A stretch of 64,000 nucleotides of DNA from Candidatus Fraserbacteria bacterium (lineage in GTDB: Bacteria > Bipolaricaulota > Bipolaricaulia > RBG-16-55-9 > DRXL01). Made by a program: the position numbers and the translations under genes. Within the stretch, counting starts at the first letter, position 1. Every line of letters starts with the position of its first letter. Below are positions 56,538-64,000 of the stretch, piece by piece. Location: the NCBI GenBank assembly GCA_947085185.1, contig CAMTVK010000005.1, positions 1-64,000 of the forward strand, given 5' to 3'. The notes under the pieces were generated by a model that was not told the DNA's origin, did no database searches, and saw nothing but the letters and a program-made list of their open reading frames with translations.

Positions 56538-57608
56538 CTATCCGAGAAAGCGAAAGTCGGTCACCGCAGCGAACACGAGCTTTTCGCGAATGTAGCGCTT
56601 CTCCAGAGCCCAAGTGACATGGGCGTCGAACTCGTCGGCGCGGAGGGCTCGCGGCTGTGGGAAGTACGGCACACGCAGACGATCACGCCAGCCCTCAGGG
56701 AATTTGAGCTCTTGCCCGCGCAGCTCCGGGAAGCAGATGTTGACCCCGGCGCGAATGATCGTGTCAATGATAAAATCGCGCGAGCTGGCGTTGAGCGTGT
56801 TGACGGATTCTTTGAGGGCTTGGAAGAACTTGCGCACGCGCTCGCCGCGCTCTTGGAGCAGCTGACGCGAGAAGAGCACCACGCTCGGCGGGATGCGCAC
56901 CCCCTTATAATCCGAGAGCGTGATGATCTCGACGTTGTTTGCTTGGGCAACGACTTCAGTGAGCGTCGCGTGGGGTTCAGGCAAGATCGCCACTTGGACG
57001 CTGACTGTGCCCGCGCCGAGCATCTGTGCGATCAGCTGAATCTTGTCAAAGTCCTCTACGCCCGTGTAGTACTGATCGATATCGCGCGGTCTGACGCCCT
57101 TGGACTGCAAGAGCACATCCGTGAGATATTCCATATCGGAGGGTTGCACCAGCGTGATCTGGCGCTTCGGGCCGCTCTTGATGACGTCTTCTACAGAGCG
57201 ATAGCCGCTGAATTTGTGGGTGAGCATCGCCACGGTGCGCACGATTTGATTGCCGGTACGCGGGTCTGGGGTGGGCTCAAAGACCGTTCCGCTGATGGCT
57301 GCTGGGGCCTGGCGGCCCAGCAAGAGCACCGCGCTTGTTAAGTCTACCGCAAGCCCATCGAGCTGTCCTCCCAGAAATGCTGTATTGCGTTCGAGGGCGT
57401 TGCCGCCGCAGACCAGCTCTATAGTGACCCCGTGTTTGTTAAAAATCCCTTGCTCGAAGGCAAAAGCCAGTGGGACCGCGTCCTGGGCGGGCATCATGCT
57501 GAAACGGATGGGCTTGGTTTGCTGCGCCGGTGCCTTGCCTATGAAGAGACCAGCAAGTGCCATCCCGCTCGACACGAGAAAAGCTCTACGGCTCATCGGT
57601 CTTTTCAT
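56538..57608 (-). CDS. ABC substrate-binding protein (SsuA/NMT1-like) with a Tat signal
   Basis: MKRPMSRRAFL Tat motif; PLAFAFEQGIF..G; GGQLDG; LPEP. Confidence 0.85.
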   Translation of the reverse strand: MKRPMSRRAFLVSSGMALAGLFIGKAPAQQTKPIRFSMMPAQDAVPLAFAFEQGIFNKHGVTIELVCGGNALERNTAFLGGQLDGLAVDLTSAVLLLGRQAPAAISGTVFEPTPDPRTGNQIVRTVAMLTHKFSGYRSVEDVIKSGPKRQITLVQPSDMEYLTDVLLQSKGVRPRDIDQYYTGVEDFDKIQLIAQMLGAGTVSVQVAILPEPHATLTEVVAQANNVEIITLSDYKGVRIPPSVVLFSRQLLQERGERVRKFFQALKESVNTLNASSRDFIIDTIIRAGVNICFPELRGQELKFPEGWRDRLRVPYFPQPRALRADEFDAHVTWALEKRYIREKLVFAAVTDFRFLG

Positions 57609-57680
57609 AACTCTTTCTCCACCCTCTTGAAAGCTTGGCTCGAATAATTTCAGTGTACCCCCTGGACTTGGAACTTTCAA

Positions 57681-59642
57681 CTAGCGCCCCTGAAATTGGG
57701 GTTTCTTCTTGCTCAAGAACGCATTGACCCCTTCGAGCATGTCGTCGGTAGTGAAGAGCACCCCAAACGCCTCGCGCTCCAACAGCAGGGCTGCTTCGAG
57801 GGAGCAGTCCGCTCCAGCGTTGATGATCTGTTTGATGAAGCGCACGGCGATGGGCGCACGAGACGCTAATTTTTCAGCGAACGCTGCGACTTGTTGCTCA
57901 AAAGTCTCGTTGTCGTAGACGTGATCGATCAAGCCCCACTGAGCGGCTTGCTCCGCGCTGATGCGCTCCCCGAGCATACAGAGCTCCTTGGCGCGCGAAG
58001 GGCCCAGTATACGAAGCAGGCGCTGGGTGCCCCCCCCACCGGGGATCAACCCCAACTGAATCTCAGGTTGGCCGACTTCGCTGCGCTTGCTCGCCAGGCG
58101 AAAATCGCACGCTAACGCAAGCTCTAAGCCTCCGCCCAGCGCAAACCCGTCTATCGCAGCGATGACCGGTTTTGGGCAGAGTTCGGGTGCCCTGAAGAAT
58201 TCCCCCAGCTCTACAAATTGATAGGGCTTCCCTTGGGTGAACTCTGCAATATCCGCGCCGGCGCTGAACGCTTTGCCGCCCTCCCCCTTAAGCACGATCA
58301 CCCGCACGTCAGGATGATCGCGAAGCTCCATGAAGACTTGAGGCAGCTCCTTGCGCATCTCAGCGTTGATCGCGTTCAGCTTCTCGGGACGATTGAGCGT
58401 CACATACGCCACGTAAGTCTTCTTGTCAATCTCGACCTTGAGAGTCTTATACTCTTTGCGCTCTTTCTTGTACTGATAGAATCCTTCGCCTGCAGCCTCG
58501 CCGGTCTTGCCAGACTGGACCATCTGTTTGAGGAGATTGTTGACCTGGTAGCGTGGGTCTTTGTGGTGCGCGTAGAGGCGCTCGAGCTCGTTGACGAGCT
58601 TGTCTAAGCCGATTCTATCAGCGCGGCGCAGCAGCCCTTCGGGGAAGTTCAGTCCCAACTGACATGCTACGTCTATCTGCTCGGCCGTAGAGACACGGTT
58701 TTCAATCAACCATGCGGCTTCGTTGACCATGAGCGCATAGAGCGGCAGGGGGTTGAACTTGGCCCCCGCCTCACGGGAGTAAGTGGCGCCGCCATCGGCG
58801 TAATTGTAAAACCCGCGCCCGGTTTTGCGGCCCAGACGCCCCTCTTTCACTGCTTGTTCGATCACCGGAGGGATGGGCAGCCCAGCCTCTTTCATCAGAT
58901 TATAGCCGACGTCAATGCCCGTCAGGTCTTGCAGCTCGAACGGGCCCATGGGGAAGTTCTCGTAGAATTTCATCCGGCTGTCAATTTCTTCGATGGTTGC
59001 TTCGCCGCGCGAGACGAGCCAGCCCGCCTCGAAGAGATAGGGGCCAACCAACACTCTATTGACGATAAACCCGCGCACGTCCTTCTCGACGCGAATCGGG
59101 GTCTTGCCTAATCTCTTGGCCAGTTCAACGATGAGCTCCATCGTCTCTTCGGAGGTCTTCTCCCCCTTGATCACCTCGACGAGGGCCATGCGCACGACCG
59201 GGTTGAAGAAGTGCATGCCCACGACTTTATCTGGTCGCTTGGTCGCCCGGCCCAACTCGGAGATGCTCAACGAACTCGTGTTGCTGGCAAGAATAGTATG
59301 AGATGGCGAGAGCGTGTCTATCTCTCTGAAGATCGCGAGCTTTAAGCTCATGATCTCCGGGACAGCCTCAATGACGATATCTGCGTCAGAGACAGCTTCT
59401 TTCAAGTCTACAAGAGGGGTGATCAACTTGAGGGCTGCGTCGGCTTTTTGTGGGGAGATGGTGCCCTTTTCTGCGAGCTTTTTGAGGCTCCAGCTGATCT
59501 GATCGTAGCCCTTTCTCACGAGCTCTTCGCTGATGTCGCGCATCTTGACGGTATAGCCCGCCAGGGCGGCGACTTCAGCGATGCCGTGCCCCATCGTGCT
59601 TGCGCCGAGCACCGCAATAGTCTTCACATCCGTGATCTTCAT
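57681..59642 (-). CDS. Bifunctional 3-hydroxyacyl-CoA dehydrogenase / enoyl-CoA hydratase (dehydrogenase N-terminal)
   Basis: EAVPE, SNTSS, GMHFFNP and GFIVNR motifs; crotonase motifs FSAGADI, GGGLE and PEIQLGLIPGGGGTQR. Confidence 0.92.
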   Translation of the reverse strand: MKITDVKTIAVLGASTMGHGIAEVAALAGYTVKMRDISEELVRKGYDQISWSLKKLAEKGTISPQKADAALKLITPLVDLKEAVSDADIVIEAVPEIMSLKLAIFREIDTLSPSHTILASNTSSLSISELGRATKRPDKVVGMHFFNPVVRMALVEVIKGEKTSEETMELIVELAKRLGKTPIRVEKDVRGFIVNRVLVGPYLFEAGWLVSRGEATIEEIDSRMKFYENFPMGPFELQDLTGIDVGYNLMKEAGLPIPPVIEQAVKEGRLGRKTGRGFYNYADGGATYSREAGAKFNPLPLYALMVNEAAWLIENRVSTAEQIDVACQLGLNFPEGLLRRADRIGLDKLVNELERLYAHHKDPRYQVNNLLKQMVQSGKTGEAAGEGFYQYKKERKEYKTLKVEIDKKTYVAYVTLNRPEKLNAINAEMRKELPQVFMELRDHPDVRVIVLKGEGGKAFSAGADIAEFTQGKPYQFVELGEFFRAPELCPKPVIAAIDGFALGGGLELALACDFRLASKRSEVGQPEIQLGLIPGGGGTQRLLRILGPSRAKELCMLGERISAEQAAQWGLIDHVYDNETFEQQVAAFAEKLASRAPIAVRFIKQIINAGADCSLEAALLLEREAFGVLFTTDDMLEGVNAFLSKKKPQFQGR

Positions 59643-59702
59643 AGCCCCAATCACCTCAGTTATGATAACGCACAGGTGGGGCAAGGTGCAAAACGCTGAG
59701 CC

Positions 59703-60266
59703 TCAGAAGCGTCGCTCCAAGAGCGTGAGCTTATATGTCAGCGCAAGCTCTTGGGGGATCGTCGCGCCGATGTTGTAGCCGAGCGTCGCTCCCAAGGCGG
59801 CCATCGTCACCGGGTTGACCACGAGCGAAAGATCTGTCGGCTCGATCACCCAATTGCCTGCGACCGCGGCTCCAAAGAGAGTCCCCACGATGCTTCCCGC
59901 AAAAGCGAGCAGCAGATTGCCCTGCACCCCTACGATCGCCCCTGCTAATGAGACTCCAAGAAACGTCGCCCCTGGAGGGATACCCAAATGAGGTCCAACG
60001 ATGAGAGAGATGAGCGAGGTTCCCAGCTGGCAGGCGCGTCGCTCTGGCTGGATCGGCGGGCACGGTTGCACTATCGAGAGCGTCCAATACGTGACGTAGA
60101 AGCCGAGCCCGGCCCCCACAAGAGCCCCCTGTACCCCAAAGAGAAATTCAAGAAAGATATAATCCGTCGGCTGCACCGGGCGCTCGGCGCGAGCCTCTGC
60201 TGAGATCGAAAACAGAGTGAGCGCAATCACAAGGACGCACGCGAGCGCTTTTTTAGAAGAGATCAT
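59703..60266 (-). CDS. Hypothetical Gly-rich membrane protein with a signal peptide
   Basis: Signal peptide, GxxxG helices, C-terminal Phe. Confidence 0.6.
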   Translation of the reverse strand: MISSKKALACVLVIALTLFSISAEARAERPVQPTDYIFLEFLFGVQGALVGAGLGFYVTYWTLSIVQPCPPIQPERRACQLGTSLISLIVGPHLGIPPGATFLGVSLAGAIVGVQGNLLLAFAGSIVGTLFGAAVAGNWVIEPTDLSLVVNPVTMAALGATLGYNIGATIPQELALTYKLTLLERRF

Positions 60267-61374
60267 AGTTTGCTGTGATCGTCAAGCCCTGGGTCCATTC
60301 TTCAAAGTCGCTAGCGCGGGTAAATTCTAATTGTACAGCGAGGTTGAGATTGGCTTGCACTTGGAACGTCAGGAGCAGCTCGATATTTTGAATATCTAAG
60401 GAACTACGGTTTTTGATCTGGGTGCGCACGAAGTTATAAGACGCTTGAGCGTCGATGCTCTCGCTGATCCGGAACGAGTAGTTCGCCTGGGCGAGCAGCA
60501 CGTAGTCTGCTAACAGATCCAGCGACGAGCTGAAGCGCAAGCTGCTGCGAAACTGCGAGCGCGGCGCTGGGGCAAGCGCGTACTCAAACGACGTGAGCGT
60601 CAGCCAGTCGCGCGGTCCTCCTTGTGGGTCAAGTAATTCATAGCCCATTCCCAGGCGCAGCTCCCAGCCGCACAGCTTCTCGTCGGCTGTTTCGTTGAGA
60701 ATCTCTTCGATGCGCAGAAGTGCGATGGCCCCGAGTTGTCCCTGGGGGACAAACCCGCTCGACTCGATGATCTCCTCCAAGCGTTGTACTAGACTAGCAA
60801 GATCAAGAAATTCGAGACGGCGCCCGATAGTATCCGCGAGCTCAAAGAGCACAGCTGGGGGCAAGGGCGCGGAGAGCGCCTTCAGCGATACTAAGCGCTC
60901 TTGGATCTTGAGGGCTTTGGAGAGCGCCGTGACGTCTTTGAAGCGCCCGTACCCTAAGCCCGCGAGCGCGCGCACCCCAGGGCTGATGAGCGTCGTGGAC
61001 CCTTGGGCTTCTGCGCCGATGAACCCGAAGAAGTTCGTCTGCCCAAGATACGCCCGCAGGTTCATGGCGCCGTCGGCCTGATAGCTGAGCGTGTCTTTGG
61101 TTAAGTCGAGTTTGAGATGGGCTTGCTGAGAGAGCCCAAACGCGGGTGCATCGAGCAGGCGCGCAAAAGACGCCCTCAAGCTCCCGGAATTCACGTTCTC
61201 ACGATCGTCTTTGAACTGATCGTTATAATAGCGATAGTGCGCAGAAAGCTTGAGATCGCGGAACTCACTGCGTGGCGGCGTATACCCGCATAAGGGGCCC
61301 ACACGAGGTTGTCCAACGGCAGACCCGTTGCTGAAGAGAACAAAGACCGTCAGAACCCATACGAATTTTTTCAT
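60253..61374 (-). CDS. Exported protein, possible outer-membrane beta-barrel
   Basis: Signal peptide, alternating amphipathic strands, C-terminal ANYDLF. Confidence 0.6.
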   Translation of the reverse strand: MKKFVWVLTVFVLFSNGSAVGQPRVGPLCGYTPPRSEFRDLKLSAHYRYYNDQFKDDRENVNSGSLRASFARLLDAPAFGLSQQAHLKLDLTKDTLSYQADGAMNLRAYLGQTNFFGFIGAEAQGSTTLISPGVRALAGLGYGRFKDVTALSKALKIQERLVSLKALSAPLPPAVLFELADTIGRRLEFLDLASLVQRLEEIIESSGFVPQGQLGAIALLRIEEILNETADEKLCGWELRLGMGYELLDPQGGPRDWLTLTSFEYALAPAPRSQFRSSLRFSSSLDLLADYVLLAQANYSFRISESIDAQASYNFVRTQIKNRSSLDIQNIELLLTFQVQANLNLAVQLEFTRASDFEEWTQGLTITANYDLF

Positions 61375-61454
61375 AAAAGCATTGTACTCTGTCGGGTGCG
61401 GGGAATGTCAAGTTTCTGGACAGGAAGCTTTTCGTTTGGTAAATTGAGCACAGC

Positions 61455-62321
61455 ATGCGCGCACGATTCTTTATCGTTGGCGTGGTGGTCTCTGTGTGTG
61501 GTGGAGGTGTGTTGGGCTGGCTGTGGTGGGCGTGGCAGTCAGGGGCGCCCCCGCAAGCACCATCTCTGCCGCCGGTGCCTTCTGTATCTGATACTCCTAC
61601 TCCGCCACCCCTACCTGCACCGTCGGATGAGCCCCAAAAGATTGTCAACAGAGTCATTGACAGCGGGACGCTCTTCATTGAGGCCCGCGGGCAGCGCCTC
61701 GGCACAGAAGAATATAGTATCTCCTACAACGAACGCGGAGAGATCGTGCTGCGTTCCAGGGGAACGCTTACGGTGAAGATCGCGCTCCTGAGCGCTCAAG
61801 CTACGTTCATTCAGGCAATGACATGGACAGCTCAGCGTCGCCCGATCAGCTATGAGCTGGCACTCCATGGTCCCCTTGGGATCGGCAACCGCAGTGTGAG
61901 CGCGCGCTTTGGCTCAACGACGGGTATAGTCAGCGATGGCGAACGCCAAACCGAGATCGCCCTCCCGAAAGAGCCGTTCTTGCTAGTGGGAATGTTCAGT
62001 TCGTATGCGATCCTGCCCCTGTGGGCTCAGCCGGACACTGCTCAGAAACTCAAAGTGATCGATCTTCGCGGGGAGCGTCGCGCTCGAGAGAATTGGGTAT
62101 CTCTTGAGCATATCGGTCTTGTCCAACTGAGCGAGGGGGGTTTTGCTCTCAGGGCGCACGAATATCTGCTCAAGGGCGAGCAGGGGACGCTGAAGCTCTA
62201 CGTTGATGGTGAGCGTCTCTTGGCATTGCAGGCCGACACAGCCGAGCGCGACCGAAGCTTTCGCATCTCTCGTAGTGATCTCTTCCCCAAAGGGTTTGAC
62301 GTGCTTCCCCATCAAAACTAG
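61455..62321 (+). CDS. Membrane-anchored hypothetical beta-rich protein
   Basis: TM helix, Pro-rich linker, beta-rich domain (GQRLGTEEYSI). Confidence 0.65.
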   Translation: MRARFFIVGVVVSVCGGGVLGWLWWAWQSGAPPQAPSLPPVPSVSDTPTPPPLPAPSDEPQKIVNRVIDSGTLFIEARGQRLGTEEYSISYNERGEIVLRSRGTLTVKIALLSAQATFIQAMTWTAQRRPISYELALHGPLGIGNRSVSARFGSTTGIVSDGERQTEIALPKEPFLLVGMFSSYAILPLWAQPDTAQKLKVIDLRGERRARENWVSLEHIGLVQLSEGGFALRAHEYLLKGEQGTLKLYVDGERLLALQADTAERDRSFRISRSDLFPKGFDVLPHQN

Positions 62322-62406
62322 CTTCGCGTTTCTCTTGGGACAGCTGTTCTTGCCCTCAGGAGATCACGCGTGGTATAGATAGAGCTGTGAAGGGAGGAGG
62401 TCACAC

Positions 62407-63657
62407 GTGAAGGGCCTGGTTCGTGTGGTGTGGCTGAGCGCCGCACTTGGTGTTGGGGCTTTTCTGGCGTATGCACAGTTGCAGGGCGGTGGCGGCAGCC
62501 CGCTGTCACCGGAGGTTGTAGGAGTCGATCTGCGGCCGACGATCCCGGCCGACGGCAGCAAGACGTTCGGTGCGGTGCGCTTTCGCGATGCCGACGGTGA
62601 TATCGTGCAAGCCCGCTTTGACGTTGTCGAAGCCGTAGATTTTGCGCCGTTCAGCTTCAATCCCAAAGTGAAGGGCCAGACGAGCGGGAGCTTTCCGTTC
62701 TTTGTCTTCTCGAAGATCCCCCAAAAAGTCCGATTGCGCCTCACCCTGATAGACGAAGCGGGCAATCAGAGCCTTCCTGTGGAGTTTCGGTTTGAGGCGA
62801 TCATGCTCATTGAGCTCTTGGGGAAGTGGGGGACGCGTGGAACGGGAGAAGCTCAATTCAACGGGATCTCTCATATCGCTCTCGACGATCGCAAGCGTGT
62901 CTATGTCACGGATTTCGGTTTAGATCGAGTGCAGAAGTTCACAAGTGATGGGCAGTTACTCGTGCAGTGGGGTGGACGCGGCAGCGGCAACGGCCAGCTC
63001 ACCGGGCCGTTGGGCATCGCTGTTGATTATCAAGGCGCCGTCTACGTTGCTGATGCGGGCAATCAGCGTATTCAGAAATTCACCGAGAGCGGGGCTTTCT
63101 TGACCAAGTGGGGCAGTCTTGGGACGGGCGAAGGGCAGTTCAGCTTTCCCACAGGGGTGGCGACTGATTCTCTGGGCAACGTCTACGTCGCCGATAAAGT
63201 CAACAACAGAATTCAAAAGTTCAGCCCGACGGGCGTGCTCATCGCGCGATGGGGGGCTTTTGGCCAAGCCGAGTCTCAGTTCAACTCCCCCAATGACATT
63301 GCCGTGAGCACTCAGGGGATCGTCTATGTGCTTGATACCGGCAACGGCAGAGTCCAAAAATTTATGCTCGATGGGTCTTATCTTGGGCAATGGGGGTCTC
63401 GTGGGGATCGCGACGGGCAGTTCCAGGCACCCTTGGGGATCGCTGTAGACAATCACGGCTTTGTCTATGTCGCCGACACGGGCAACGACCGAATCCAGAA
63501 ATTTTCGAGCGACGGGGCTTTCATGGTGAAGTGGGGGAGCTTAGGGGCCGGTGACGGCCAGTTCGATCAACCTGTCGATTTAGCCGTTGACCCCGAAGGG
63601 GTTATCTATATTGCCGAGCTAGGGAACCATCGGATTCAGAAGATCAAGTTCAAGTAG
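62407..63657 (+). CDS. Exported NHL-repeat (six-bladed beta-propeller) protein
   Basis: Six ~47-aa repeats of WG..G.G.GQF..P.GIAVD..G.VYVAD..N.RIQKF; GTG start after GGAGG. Confidence 0.92.
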   Translation: MKGLVRVVWLSAALGVGAFLAYAQLQGGGGSPLSPEVVGVDLRPTIPADGSKTFGAVRFRDADGDIVQARFDVVEAVDFAPFSFNPKVKGQTSGSFPFFVFSKIPQKVRLRLTLIDEAGNQSLPVEFRFEAIMLIELLGKWGTRGTGEAQFNGISHIALDDRKRVYVTDFGLDRVQKFTSDGQLLVQWGGRGSGNGQLTGPLGIAVDYQGAVYVADAGNQRIQKFTESGAFLTKWGSLGTGEGQFSFPTGVATDSLGNVYVADKVNNRIQKFSPTGVLIARWGAFGQAESQFNSPNDIAVSTQGIVYVLDTGNGRVQKFMLDGSYLGQWGSRGDRDGQFQAPLGIAVDNHGFVYVADTGNDRIQKFSSDGAFMVKWGSLGAGDGQFDQPVDLAVDPEGVIYIAELGNHRIQKIKFK

Positions 63658-64000
63658 ACTTTTGCAAGTACCCTTGTAAGATCAAGACGGCGGCGAGGGC
63701 GTCTTTGGTTTGTGTGCGCTTGCGGCGGCTCATGCGAGCCTCAAGCAAGACGCGCTCGGCCTCGGCGGTCGTCAGGCGCTCGTCGAACGTGTGCACGGGG
63801 AGTGTGAGCGCGTCTTCGAGGGCTCTTTTGAAGTCGAGGACTTGCTGAGCTTTCGGTCCCAGGGAGCCGTCCATATTGATGGGCAGTCCCAGCACGATCT
63901 CCGTGACGCGATACTGAACAACGAGCTCGCTCAGAAAGCGCAGGTCGCTCTTGATATCTTTACGTTTATAGACTGCGAGGGGGCTGGCGAGCGTGCGGCT
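63650..64000 (-). CDS. ruvX: Holliday junction resolvase-like RuvX/YqgF (5' end outside the window)
   Basis: IVLGLP..MDG, DERLTT and DALAAVLILQGYL motifs; the frame is open to the window end. Confidence 0.92.
   Translation of the reverse strand, partial: SRTLASPLAVYKRKDIKSDLRFLSELVVQYRVTEIVLGLPINMDGSLGPKAQQVLDFKRALEDALTLPVHTFDERLTTAEAERVLLEARMSRRKRTQTKDALAAVLILQGYLQKST

Noticed and set aside
62820..63650. Recurring ~141-bp DNA similarity
   Set aside because: Explained by the NHL protein repeats.

Overview
Gene-dense, GC-rich (~58% by eye) bacterial chromosomal window. The 16S sequence and gene style suggest a deep-branching thermophilic anaerobe, probably Bipolaricaulota/Acetothermia; this is an inference and no search was run. 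It is mostly housekeeping: an IS end, ftsL-ftsI, frr, a complete 9-gene Na+-type V/A-ATPase operon, suhB-asnS, rpsF-ssb-rpsR, a DRG GTPase, eno-ftsB-dnaE-yvcK, cysS, a stand-alone 16S rRNA gene, 2-oxoacid:ferredoxin oxidoreductase alpha/beta, tRNA-Leu(CAA), peptidases, a two-component pair, ABC transporters, nadK and a partial ruvX. Most notable observations: (1) a 375-aa LAGLIDADG intein splits the Fe-S-ligating WCPGC motif of the oxidoreductase beta subunit, creating a natural Cys-Pro-Gly-Cys1 'redox trap' junction; (2) an SsuB/TauB-type ABC ATPase carries a ~130-aa TM2-like transmembrane insertion inside its nucleotide-binding domain; (3) a glutamate dehydrogenase homolog lacks all three active-site lysines; (4) a zinc anti-sigma-like membrane protein is paired with an unrecognisable 151-aa partner; (5) there are three unannotated structured non-coding elements (a 6S-like RNA, an orphan promoter-leader-terminator unit, a MITE-like hairpin); (6) at least nine genes have a -10 box immediately before the start codon, suggesting leaderless mRNAs; (7) a sulfatase is interrupted by an in-frame amber codon.
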